A DNA stretch of 64,000 nt from Octopus vulgaris (lineage: Eukaryota). The position numbers and the translations under genes were made by a program. The stretch spans positions 38,936,001 through 39,000,000 of the forward strand of contig OX597827.1 of the NCBI GenBank assembly GCA_951406725.2. The letters run 5' to 3'. This document shows positions 49,730 through 62,891 of the stretch, piece by piece. The notes under the pieces are model-generated. The model did no database searches. It was given only the letters and a program-made list of their open reading frames with translations, and was not told the DNA's origin. Position 1 is the stretch's first letter, and each line of letters opens with the position of its first letter.

Positions 49730-50900
49730 ACTGCTATTGAGGCCTTTTGGAGAACATGCATGCCAATGGTAAAGGCAAGTGCAAAGACAACACTTTCCCA
49801 AAATATGAGACATAGATCCTATGATTCATTGCAATATCCTCTTTTTTATGGCAGTGGTGAAGATGGATATTGTCCTGGAATACCATAGGCCACATCAAAT
49901 TTTCGTTCAAAATTTTTTTCATGAATGGATTCCTATGTCTATCACTTCGTGACTTGAGACAATTCATTCTAATGCTGGCAAGCAAGTGAAACTCTTTCAT
50001 CAATTTGCAGTGGACATATTTGCTAAAATGCAATCTAAGACATTGAGCTGCATTAGAATTAATCGAAAACTGTTGAGGATAACCTCTTAAAAGCATATAC
50101 AAGATGTAATCAATAATAATGTAGCTGGAAGGAAGCTTGGTCAGCATTCTTCCTTCAAGTTTCCCCTCAAACTACATTTCAATGAAGAATGCATGTATAA
50201 ACACAGGATACAACAACACAACATGTTTACCATTTCAGCTGCCCATGACTCTTCATTACTTCCACTAGCAATTCCAAGTATTAAAATATTCTAGAAGATA
50301 TCCTTCCTGGCCAAACAAACATTGACAAGCATGATCTCTTAACCAGGGTTTTTCCAGTTACAGTCAAGAAAGATGAAGTAATTCATTACCAAGTGCTGAA
50401 TGTTTGAACTGATCAAGTATTGTACTTTGTCCCCCAGTGAACATGAATATTTTTTTCTATTATTTAAAGTGGAAGGTTCATGTTCATTTTAAAATCTTTG
50501 AACAGTCAATAATAAATTTTGTACCACTTGCAGACACATTCTTTAAAAACGAACTACTGGAGAATGTTGGGATCTAACGCTGTAAGAAACTGCTGTACTT
50601 AAAAGAGCTAAGAGTCTCAGAGACTGTTAAACTGCTGTCAAACTTCCAATCTGCTTCAGCTTTGACTTGAGTATTCTGATGACAGAGCCAAAGATTTCAA
50701 GCATCACGTGGAATGCATTTACTCCGGCATTTGATAGTTTAAGTATAATTTAATACTTTATCACATTAAATGAAGTTTACTTTCTCAAGCTAAAACATAT
50801 AAGGAGAAGCATAATGGCCCACTTCATCTTTATGCCACGAATGGGCATAATATATTCATTTTGTTAAAACTCCATTACTCTATAGTTATAGTGAAATGTT
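49730..50900 (-). mobile_element. Possible decayed hAT transposase
   Basis: Frameshifted motif-like remnants in the expected order on the minus strand: PIRG(H)KDE ~50840, GA..GK ~50235, YxH..L-N-VV ~50185. Weak. Confidence 0.35.
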
Positions 50901-51229
50901 TCTGAACTGCATTCACAGACAACTTTATAACTTTAAAAGGAGACCATCACCCTACACCACTAACAACCATTAATATATTTTTATATATGATTTTTAAATG
51001 TGTGTGTATGTACACACACATGATCTCAAATAATCAAGATGACAATGATTCATAACATATCTACAACATTTAAAAATAGAAAAGAGATCTTTATTTAAAT
51101 ATTGACTTTACAGTGTTAAAGTGTTTTTTGAATTCAGTTCACTCATAGCTATAGACACCTGTTGTGGGGGTGGGGGCAAAAAATAATAACAGGGTTTACA
51201 ACTCCTGGAAATTTGTAGCCTCTACCCAA

Positions 51230-52400
51230 AACCAGGTAATGTTTCTCATCAGTGTAACTCTTGTAAAGGCATAACCTGGTCTGCAAAGGATGTCTATGCA
51301 TTGCATGGCTCCTGAGCTTTCCTGCTTTCTATAAACTTTAGTTACTCTTTCCGATCTCTTGCCAAAAGAATCTCCAGCTTTGTGGGAGGTCTCTTTTCCT
51401 CCATTCTCAACAACAATGGCTCTATGAGCAACAGCCTTATAGAGAAAGCTACCAGCATGGCTTCTGGACTTTTGCTTTACAGAAGTTTGGTGAAAGTATT
51501 GTAACCATGTCTAGCATATAAATCCTCTATCAAACTTACTCCTATTGGCTCTGTTCATCCCTCACCTCTTGGACTGATAGCTCATGGAATGTGCTGGAGT
51601 TGTTTCTGTCTGGTGTGCTCCAAGATGCTTTTTTCCTTCTATCCATCAATGACCTCGCCACCATATCGAATTAACACCTACCGCTATGCAGATGATACAA
51701 TCCTTCATCCTCTCTTTAAACTTCCCTAACCTTGCATCAACCAGGCCACCACATGCCAAACTTGCACTGATTCTATGCATGAAGACCTTGAGATTATTCT
51801 TTAGCGGAGCCATGCCAATCTTGTTTCTTTTAACAGTGAAAAAACTCAAACACTACTCATATTAAGGAGAAAAAAAAACCAAAAAAAACATTGCACCACA
51901 CACTGCTAAACATGACCAGCTCTCAACCAGAGCCCTCAAAGTTGCTGCAACTGCTGAGCCCCATTAATATTGAGGATCAACTTGTGTTAAAGACACATCC
52001 TTATCATAGCTATGACTGCATCCAAAAGATAGAGAGATCCACAATGAAGGATTGCTCCCACAGCTTGGATACTGCTGCTACTACACACTCAGATATTCTG
52101 AATTGCATCCTGAAGATACATTGAACTAATTTGCTTTAAATCACTCACAGACATGCTCCAGCTTCTGATCTACAAGTGTGTTGTTGCCTCTTTCTATTTG
52201 TCTTTTCTATTGTCATTATAATAGCTTCTGTCCTTGGAGTTGGTTGGTTTCTCTACCGCTGCCCCACTCCCTGTCCCACACTAACCACTATACCCAGTCC
52301 TTCTACCTCCGAATGTCAGCTTTCTGAAATTAACTCCCAGCTCATATCTTTTGAAGCAGGTGTTGACTTGCCACGGTTTAAAAGGATCATTAATACTATC
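51230..52400 (+). mobile_element. Non-LTR retrotransposon RT remnant (Jockey/CR1-group type)
   Basis: YRYADDTIL at ~51680-51705 and NLVSFNSEKTQTLL at ~51817-51860, with frameshifts. Confidence 0.7.
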
Positions 52401-52978
52401 AAGGTCACCAGTCTTGGACAGCCTACTAAGGTCATGAGCAATGCCCCTTCCTCTCACTCAGCAACTTTAAAAAATATTATACATGGTGTGTTGTTAACCA
52501 CATATACCACTAATGGTATTCTGCAGCTTTTGTCTATGTGGATGTACGTATGTGACAGCAGGGTTAAAAATCCACATCTCTACATCTAAGTATGTGTGTA
52601 TTACACAAAAGATACCGATATACACATTCATATAAGTGTCCTGCATAAAACTAGGTGTGTGTGTGTGTGTAAACAGCTCTCTGTATTATGTGTCATGGCC
52701 GTGTTTGTGTATAATGTGGTTGCAGGAAGCCAAAGCTTGGAGTGAGTTTGATTGAATCAAAGTGTTTGCACCTATGTAATTGTAGGAAGCCAAAGTCTAT
52801 TGGCAAGACAGAAAGTGAGTCAGAGAGCATCGGATTACATTTTGGTCAACGAAAACATGAAATATACCATCCACAGTTTCTCACACTAGGCAGCCACACT
52901 GAAGTTCATACAAATTCACCTTCACCACTCCCTACTAAACCCAATGATATACATATATACATACATACATACATACAT

Positions 52979-53033
<55 letters not shown>

Positions 53034-54237
53034 AATATTTATAAATGCTCACATACACAAACCTATGCATATATCTCAACATAATCACACACACACACAC
53101 ACACACACATTGATTTCCAATAGAGCAGCTGCTGATGACTTATGTATCTTTCCATTAAATTGTTGTTTTTGTAATGTTTATGTTGTTGATTATATGTTTC
53201 CCTATGTGTAGTTTTATGCTCTTCAGGATATTGATGTTATCCCCAATTGTAATCAGACTTGTTTAAGGTCCTTCTATTGTTTGATATGGGTTTGGGTTTT
53301 TAGTTTGTTTGTATTCGCTCACATTTTCATGTTCAGCTTTATAAGGGCATTAAACTGAATTGAATCTAGATCAAGGTTTCTGTTTAGCACTGGTTTATCA
53401 AAAATTTAGTTGTTTACAGGATTTATTAGGTTAGGCATTAACCAGTAATTACGTTATGGTGGATTTGTGACACAGACACAATACGCACACACACACATAT
53501 ACATATATTACACATATATCGCATGCACATATACACATACATGCATACATACAAAAATAAACCTGGAAAGTATATTACAAAGTTATTTATTTATAGTGCT
53601 TATAGATGTATTTTAGTGCAAGTCAGATTATATAAGGATTTCCTCACATAATCCTTGAAATTCACATGATCAGAAATATACACACATACACACACACACA
53701 CATGCAGGGATGGCTGTGTAGTTAAGAAGTTCCTTTTGCAATCACATGGTTTTTTTTTTCTCAGTACAATAATATGCTGTGGCATCTTGTGCAGGTGTCT
53801 TCTAGTATAGCCCTGGACTAACCAATGCCGTAACAAATGAATTTGGTCGACGAAAACTGCATGAAGCCCCCTTTATGTATATGTGAATATGTGTGTGAGT
53901 GTATGTAAGCATATGTTGCTATTCACTGCTTGTCATTGCTTGAGTGGAAAGGAGATAATGATGGTGGCATTCCTTGATGACATTAAGAGCAGATGCTGTA
54001 CACTGTAGATAACATCTAGAACAAAAATATCCCTTACTTGAGAAACATGTAAGGGCTAGAAGCAGGAAGAACATCAGGCTGTAAAATCCCAACTTAAATA
54101 ACCCCTTATCTAGCCCATACTAGCTAGGAGAACTTGCCAAAATGAACAAGACAATTGTTTCAGTTAAGTTGCTTTAAATGGAGCATATATTATTGTAAAT
54201 AATATATAATTATGTATATATATATATAATTATGTAT

Positions 54238-54288
<51 letters not shown>

Positions 54289-54289
<1 letters not shown>

Positions 54290-54665
54290 GTGCAGGCATA
54301 GCTGTGTGTTAAAACTTTTGCTTCTCAACCACATGCTTCTGGGTTCAGTTCCACAGCATAGCACCTAAGGCAAGTGTCTTCTACTATAGCCTTGACCAAC
54401 TAAAACATTATGAGTGGATTTGGTAGATAGAAACTGAAAGAAGCCTGTTATATATATATGTGTGTATTTGTCCCACACTACACTACTTGATATCCAGTGT
54501 TGGTATGTTTACATCCTTATAATTTAGCTGTTCCACAAAAGAGACTGATAGAATAAGTACCAGGTCAAAAATAAGTGCTGGGGCAATTTGTTCAACTAAA
54601 ATTGCCCAAGGTGGTTCCCCAGCATGGCAGTAGCCTAATGAATGAAACAAGTAAAAAATAAAAGA
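54289..54665 (+). mobile_element. SINE family A copy
   Basis: Complete, CpG-decayed copy between (TA)n tracts. Confidence 0.85.
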
Positions 54666-54678
54666 TACACAAATATAT

Positions 54679-54768
<90 letters not shown>

Positions 54769-54942
54769 ACACACACACTTTATATATGTATGTTTGAAAA
54801 GGTTAATCGAAAGTGCTCATACACTAGGAAAAGAACTTCTCAAGAAAGGTTCTCAACAACCTGATAAAAGATTTAATAACATTTTTTTTTAAAAAATCAT
54901 GTTTACACTTCAAAACTGTATTAAGTAATTCTCATAGACTTT

Positions 54943-54988
<46 letters not shown>

Positions 54989-55407
54989 CATAGTTTTATT
55001 TGACCAGCCAATCTGAAACCAGCTGGAACTGAGTTTCATTAAATTCAAATCATTGGACAACCAATTTAGTTACAGATATCCAACAACAAACAATATGGTA
55101 AACAGCACAATTTGCAGATTGGTCAGCAAAAACAATTTGCATACAATTATATATTATTTATTAGAGCAAACTATATTTATATCTGCACATCTACTCTTCA
55201 GTCTCAAGCTGAAAACTTTATATACCTGGGTATAAACAAACCAAGCTCACAAATAACTGTACAGAGGCCGGGACCAAATTATCCACCAGATTTATTTTCA
55301 AGACAGTATGGTGTGGTTTGAGGGAATTTAGCTGTTATTTCTTGCAGGTTGGGAGGTAAAATTTGATAGCTTTAAAGACGAGGATCAGTTGGTAATAGAG
55401 TTTAAAA

Positions 55408-55944
55408 TAGGGGTGGGGAAACCCCCACCTGTGGGTGCAATTGTGTCTGCAAGCCCATTTTATTTCGCCTGCAGGCTGATATACTCATGTATACAAAATA
55501 TAGTAAATTTTTCAATTATAATATTTATACAATATTTGTATGCCTTTTTGCAACATAGGTCACATTTAAACTACGACTTAAAAAAAACAGTTAGACTCGA
55601 ACAAAAAAATCGTCCAGTAATTGCCATTTGAATAGAAATTTTTTTTTCGCTATAAAACACATATTGCTAGGTTTGTACCTCCCCGCTTGAGACCCAACTA
55701 CACTCTTGCTGAAAAATATAGAAACCTCATAAGTAATATAAATGTCCTAAATTCAGTGGCGGCGTTAATGAAGATGTTACGTGTTAATTTAGTGTCTTAA
55801 ACTTATCTTTATTAATGTATATCGAATTATACATAGATATATACAAGATTCACACAGATATAAGAGTTAGGGTTTGTGATCAGCCCAGAGACCTTTATCT
55901 TAGTAAATTTTTGCCTGCTGCACTAAAAAGTTTCCCTACCCCTG
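55408..55944. mobile_element. hAT (Charlie/Buster-type) MITE with 8-bp TSD
   Basis: TSD gtttaaaa at 55400-55407 and 55945-55952. TIRs are taggggtggggaaac and gtttccctacccctg. Confidence 0.85.
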
Positions 55945-56227
55945 GTTTAAAACAAAGACAGAACCCCCAACTTTGTAACCTGTACCATGTTTATGCATCA
56001 GTTGTTAAGTGGATGCTGTTTATATTGTTATTGCATGTGTATTAATCGGTAACTGCAGCACTCAGTCGTATCATTTTGCTTTCCTGACTGCCAGAGTACA
56101 TGAGATACAGGAAGGAAACATGGACAGACAATAAATTTTAGCATATACATATTTAAATAAATATATATGTAGATTTATATATATATATCAATATATTTAC
56201 ATATATATATATATATAAATTTCTATA

Positions 56228-56580
56228 TGTGGCTGTGTGGTAAGAAGCTTGCTTCTCAACCACATGATTCTGGGTTCAGTCCCACTGTGTGGAACCATAG
56301 GAGAGTATCTTTTACTACAGCCTTGGGCTGACCAAAGCCTTGTGAGTGGATTTGGTAAACGGAAACTGAAAGATGCCTATCGTATATGTGAGTGTGTGTG
56401 TTTGTCATCCCCATTATCGCTTGACAACTGGTGTTGGTGCATTTACGTCCCTGTAAAGAGACTGATAGAATAAGTACTAGGACTTAAAAAAATGTCCTGG
56501 TAGTGAACTGCTTGACAAAAATACTTCAAGGTGATGCTCCAGCATGGCCATAGACAAATGACTGAAAATAGTAAAAGAAT
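56228..56580 (+). mobile_element. SINE family A copy
   Basis: gtggctgtgtggtaagaagc...aaatgactgaaa. Confidence 0.85.
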
Positions 56581-56779
56581 ATATAAATATGTTTGTGCAT
56601 GTGTATGTGAAGCACATAATGGACACTGGTGTGCAGTGGATGATATGAGGACAGGTTGTAATGTAGAAGTGTTGTAATCTATGGAGTGATATTGTATTGA
56701 GATGAATATTAGTTGAAAACCATGAGGGTCCACATCAGAGAAAGTTCATGTAGCTAACTACACCAATTAGCTTCATCTA

Positions 56780-57330
56780 AATATCTACAAACTCAGTAAT
56801 CCAGGCTTTCTTATCATTTCAGCTTGTAAATATCCAACCAAACTGGATAGATTGGCAAATTGGCTTTGTCACTCATCTTCACCTTCCCAATACAAATTAA
56901 GGACACCAATTATGTGCTAAGCCACTTCGACTTGTTTATTTTCCCTCAGGATATCCCAAACTTCTACTAACCATGGACATCAACTCACCCTATATGCTTA
57001 CAGTCTCTATTATTTCAGTGAGAGCCTATCCCTGTACCCAATACTACCACCCTCCTCTCTAAGCCAACCATTTCTCACTCTTGATTGTTTGGTGAATTTT
57101 AGAAACAATTCAATAGAGCCTCTATGGGCACTAAAATGGGACCAAACCATGCAAACACTTTTGTAGGCCATACTGAGGTGCAGACTTTTGCTCAGATCAC
57201 TACAACATTTCAGAACTGTAGCGTCAACAAACTTATGACTAGAATGGTGGCACTACATTCAACGAACCATCAACCTGAAAGCGTCATCTCTTGCACTTAT
57301 TCACTGCATTCAGTCTAGAATCCAGTTAAA
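56780..57330 (+). mobile_element. Penelope-like reverse transcriptase remnant
   Basis: Colinear motifs SNPGFLIISACKYPT, IKDTNYVL, LLTMDINSPY and MGTKMGPNHANTFVG match the PLE RT pattern (RPIVS.C..PT, IKDT, xDxxSLY, AMGTxMxPxYANxFxG). Frameshifted. Confidence 0.75.
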
Positions 57331-57686
57331 CTATATCTAACAGTTCTGTTAGATTCCTACATACAGATCTCTCAACCCTTATCAATATCAATCAATAGTA
57401 TTAGAGGAATCAATTGTAGGGGCAAGAATGAAGAACAAGATTGAAGATAGCAGATGAGAGAGTCCAAGGAAGACATGAGCAGGCAGGCTGAAAGTTGATC
57501 AAATAGATGCAACAAAAGCAAGACATATTGGAAATGAACTATCCATGCCTTGTTAGCTAGGAAGTGGGTAGAACAAAATACTAATACTAATATATACATA
57601 CGTACTTTTAAACACACACTAATATACGCTGTGCTTCCTAGCAGTTATAACCTTTAAACAATGCCATCCCACTGGCCATATATATA

Positions 57687-57746
<60 letters not shown>

Positions 57747-57802
57747 TGTGTGTTATTATCATCATTTAACATCTGTTTTCCATGCTATCATGGCTTGAAC
57801 AT

Positions 57803-57849
<47 letters not shown>

Positions 57850-58263
57850 TCAAGTATATATACATAGGTGTATGTGTATATGTATTATATATACATATAT
57901 TCATGTATACATAAATATACAAATGTATCATTGTAAATATATACAAAAATACACACACACATGTATGTGTGCATATATACTTATACATACAGGCATACAT
58001 ATGCAATACATAGACATATTTATAAGTGTATATACACACACACACAATACTCATATATGTATAATGTATATAAGGATATATGTATTATGTATATATCTGT
58101 CTCTCTTTATGTCCTTGTGTGTACACACACACACATATATATATATACACACATACCTGGTCAATATTTTAAAGTAAGATTAATACTGACAATGGAACAT
58201 TTACTGATGGGATGATTCTATACTGAGCATGGGAGTAATTCACATTTGATCTGTTTATACTTA

Positions 58264-58301
<38 letters not shown>

Positions 58302-58639
58302 CATACACACACACACAAGAATATATACATACACACACAGACCCATCCACCAATACATATATACATGCATATGTATACATATATATATATGTGTATATTT
58401 ATATATGTGTATATACATTATATATATGCTTATTTTATATATATATATATACAATGTACATTAGCATACGTACATACTACATACATGTATACATACACAC
58501 ATATACACATACATATATATCTTTTATGAATGATGTATTTCAGCGCTTAAGCTGCAGCCATGCTGGGTCACTGCTTTGGGTGTTGCTACACTTTTACAGA
58601 TTTCCCCTTCTTTAGTTGGTAGTTGATGAATGACAGAGT

Positions 58640-59130
58640 TTTAGAAATTACTCCATCTACTTGTGTAGGCACATGAAGAATTGTGGACAACAGAAATCAC
58701 AGTTGCATTTCAAAAACATCCACGTACATAACTAAGAAGTTTTTCCAACAGAATTATGAAAAGTCGTAGGCTTTTCAATACTAATGAGTTGAAATATTTG
58801 GTTTGAAGTCTGGATGACAAGGATGGAATTCTTGGCACTATGCCTTACTGCCCTGTTTAGGGATTAGAATATCTTTGAAATGCCTGTCTTTCCAGGAACT
58901 TACAGAGATATATTACTGCATAGTTTCCTGTATTCCCACTTCAGAGTATAATCTAAATTTTCAGACATTCCCAATATCTGATCTGTTGCATTAAGGCAAT
59001 ATTCCTTGTGTAGCAGTATTACATGGCTTTAAACATTGCCATTAATATTATGCTACACGGTAACCATAATTTGGAGCTATAATTCAGACAGCTAAGCACC
59101 AATGTCCTCTAGAAAACTATCATGGCTTCC
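58640..59130 (-). mobile_element. Possible CR1-type LINE 3' remnant
   Basis: Minus strand contains IVPRIP-like and LRLFIIL-like stretches resembling CR1 ORF2 C-termini. Weak. Confidence 0.35.
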
Positions 59131-59133
59131 AGC

Positions 59134-59168
<35 letters not shown>

Positions 59169-59206
59169 GGAATTCTACACAAACATGCACACACACATAA
59201 TACATA

Positions 59207-59591
59207 TTCTTTTATCCTTTTACATGTTTCAGTCATGACTATGGCCATACTGGAGCACTGCCTTAAAGGGTTTTAGTCAAAGAAATCGACCCTAGGACTT
59301 ATTCTTTGTAAGCCTAGTGCTTATTATATCAGACTTTTTTTTTTTTACCAAACTGCTAAGCTATGGGGATGTAAACACACCAACATTCGGTTGTCAAGAG
59401 ATTGGGGGGGGGACAGACACAAACACATAAATATACATACATATAATACACACACACATGACAGGCTTCTTTCAGTTTCTATCAACCAAATCCACTTACA
59501 AGGCTTTGGGCAGACTAAGGATATATTAGAAGATACTGAACCCGGAGCCATGAGGTTGGGAAGCAAGTTTCTTACCACATAGCCATGCCTA
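59207..59591 (-). mobile_element. SINE family A copy
   Basis: Complete reverse-complement copy. Confidence 0.85.
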
Positions 59592-59594
59592 TTC

Positions 59595-59630
<36 letters not shown>

Positions 59631-59692
59631 AAAATCTCTCTCTCCCTCTCATTCTCCCAATATATATATATAAGGAGGGAGAGAGCGAAAGA

Positions 59693-60128
59693 GATGCAAG
59701 TGTGGCTATGTGGTAAGAGTTCAGCTTCCGAACCGCATGGTTCTAGGCTCAGTCCCACTGCATAACACCTTGGCCAAGTGCTTTCTACTATCACCTCAGG
59801 CCAACCAAAACTTTGTGAATGGGTTGTTAGCCGGAAACTGAAAGAAGCTCATCATATACATGTGTGTATGTGTCTGTGTGTGAGTGATGTTTGTGTATCT
59901 ATTTGCTTTCCTCCCCACTACACTACTTGACAATCAATGTTTGTATCTATATGCTCCTGTGTAACTTAATAGTTTGGCAAAAGAGACCAATAGAATAAGA
60001 AACAGGGCTAAAAACAAATTTTTTAAAGTGCTGTGGCTGATTCGTTTGACTAAAAAGTCTTCATATATATATGGGAACAAGGCAGTCTTCAGGGCCGCAT
60101 TCCAATGTCTGACACAGGCAAAAGATAT
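59693..60128 (+). mobile_element. SINE family A copy
   Basis: Forward copy about 100 bp from the previous inverted copy. Confidence 0.8.
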
Positions 60129-60209
60129 AAAATAAAAAATTAAATATAAGATATGCCTGAAGCATATTTGAAGCTTATCTATCTATCTATCTATATCTAT
60201 CTATCTATC

Positions 60210-60269
<60 letters not shown>

Positions 60270-61497
60270 AACACACATACACATAGGCAATAAACAGATG
60301 CACATATACATATTCATTATATTGAATTAGTGTTTAAGCAATATAAAGCAAGTACACCACGTTTAAAAGCTGAATAATTAACATAACACTGAACTCCAAT
60401 ATACTATTACAATCAATGCAATAACTATAGGAGGAAGAAGTTTGAATATATATATATTGATTTGAATTGAATAAAATGATTCTTCAGAGTAACATATTAA
60501 GAATAATCTATACCTACATAAATACATGGACACACACATATACATGTTTGTCCCCTCTATGTTTAACCCCTTGTGGGCAATAAAGAAATATATATATATA
60601 TATATATGTATGTATATGTGTGTGTATATATACATACATACATACACACACACACAAATACATATATGTACACCCACACATACATATATATGCATATATA
60701 CATATGCATACACACACACACATATATATCTATGTATATATGCATATATACATTTATATACATGTATACACACACATACACATATGTATGCATGTATACA
60801 TATATATATAAATGTGTGTGTGTTTGTTTTTGTATTCAGCTATAATAAAAATGACTTTACATTAACCCATACTTTTGTACTAATTTATTATTCTTTTAAT
60901 AAGAATATTATTTACAGCAACTTCAAAGTTTTGGTCAACTAAGCCGTCATTGGACTGTTTGATGATAGCTTAGTTAGCCTAAACTTTGAAGTCACAGTCA
61001 ATACCATTCATGTTAAAGAATTACATACATATATATATGTCTTATCTCAATGTGTGTGTGTGTGTGTATGTGCATGTGTGCAGGACTTTTATACACATAT
61101 ATTCACATAGTCATCTATATGTACATACAATTATACATCTTTATAGATGTACATACATGTGTGTGGGTATATAAACTTGTGCACATATGTACACATGTTG
61201 AAAGACATAAAGATACATGTATGTTCCCATATATATGTGTGTATACAAACGAGGATTTATACACACACACATGGAAGTCATACTGACTTCCATAATGTAT
61301 ATATTTGTATACACAAATGCACCTCTCTCTCTCAATCTACCTACCTTGTTCATATATAGATATCTATGCACATACAGACATGCATATATATATATGAGTA
61401 TATATATATGTGTATATATATATATATACATACACATATACACACACATATATATACACATATATATTGCTACATGTGTGTAGGTGTATGTGTGTAT

Positions 61498-61538
<41 letters not shown>

Positions 61539-61914
61539 CAGGCACACAATCTTGTATGTATGTATGTATGAATATATATGCAACATATCCATATATATAC
61601 ATATTTAAGTACCACACTCACACAGGCTAGATGTTGGTCCTTCTAGGGCAGTGATACTGATATTATTAATATTTGCCTTGACATTTTACAAGCCATCTGA
61701 GGATCAGACATGACCAGGGAGAGAAATTCCTGAAGGCCAATCTTTAGAAATTGAAGGACTGGCTGTAGTAACTGAATGCCTAAGTGGCTGGCTTTCACAA
61801 GGATAATGTGCGTAGGTGAGGCCAGTGGGTTCGAACAACTGACTAGCAGGTTGGTATCGATTATATGTGTATCTATCGAACTTTTTATATGTCTGTGCAT
61901 CTCTCTCTCTCTCT

Positions 61915-62061
61915 CTTTCTTATTTCTTTATTGTCCACAAGGGGCTAAACATAGAGGGAACAAACAAGGACAGACAAACGGATTAAGTCGATTTCATCGA
62001 CCCAGTGCGTAACTGGTACTTATTTAATCGACCCCGAAAGGATGAAAGGCAAAGTTGACCT
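61915..62061 (-). mobile_element. SINE family B fragment (young)
   Basis: Same subfamily tail as 1-124 and 12780-12835 (cacaaggggctaaacatagaggg...ggattaagtcga). Confidence 0.85.
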
Positions 62062-62289
62062 CTCTCTTTCTATCTACCTACCACTATTCATCAATACACA
62101 TATGTATACATGCACATACACATATGTATGTGTGTGTGTATGTATATATATATATATACACACACATATATACTTACATATATATATACACACACACATA
62201 TACATACATATATATATACACACACACACACATACATAAATACATACACACACACATATATATATATACATATATATACGTATATAAAA

Positions 62290-62480
62290 ATGATATTTTA
62301 TAGCTCCAAATGATTTTTTTATTCTCTCTCTATTTATTTCCTCGTGTTCCTTTCTCTTGAAGAGCATAGGCTCGAAACGTAAAAGATTTTCTCACCTTCC
62401 CGAGTGTTAAACGAATACACCTGTTTGTTGTTTATACACCTGTCTTCGTCTGTTGTTTTTCTGTAAATTTCAACCACATA
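62290..62480 (+). mobile_element. Penelope-like terminal remnant with minimal hammerhead-like motif
   Basis: cttt-CTCTTGAA-GAGC-atag-GCTC-GAAA-CG-TA-aaag (62350-62385), homologous to 48601-48735 and embedded in (TA)/(CA) repeats. Confidence 0.6.
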
Positions 62481-62735
62481 TATACATATACACACGCACA
62501 CACACATATATGTATATACACACACACACACACATATATATACACATATATTTATATACATACACACACATATATATACACATATATTTATATACATACA
62601 CACATATATATACGGACGTTAAATGATGATGGTATATACACACACATACATAACATAATAGATATGCGTATATATAAAAGTGTATGTGTGACGTCTGTAG
62701 TACATACACGTACTCACGCACATAGGCGTGCATAC

Positions 62736-62891
62736 CTTTATCGTACCCCCTCCCTTCAAGACACATAGAAATTCAAGTTCATTAATCAAATAACATATAA
62801 CTGAAGTACGGCAAGCTGTTTCCCTTGATACTTTCATTAGGCAATTCACTGCGATATAGATATTAGAGACAGGATCCCCGGTAAATACCAT
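62736..62891 (-). CDS. Candidate 5' exon ORF MVFTGDPVSNIYIAVNCLMKVSRETACRTSVICYLINELEFLCVLKGGGTIK
   Basis: GCCATGG start context, acceptor ttatacag| before 62915, donor AAG|gtatgc, in CpG-richer unique sequence. Phase 0, so it cannot join the phase-2 exons directly. Confidence 0.2.
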
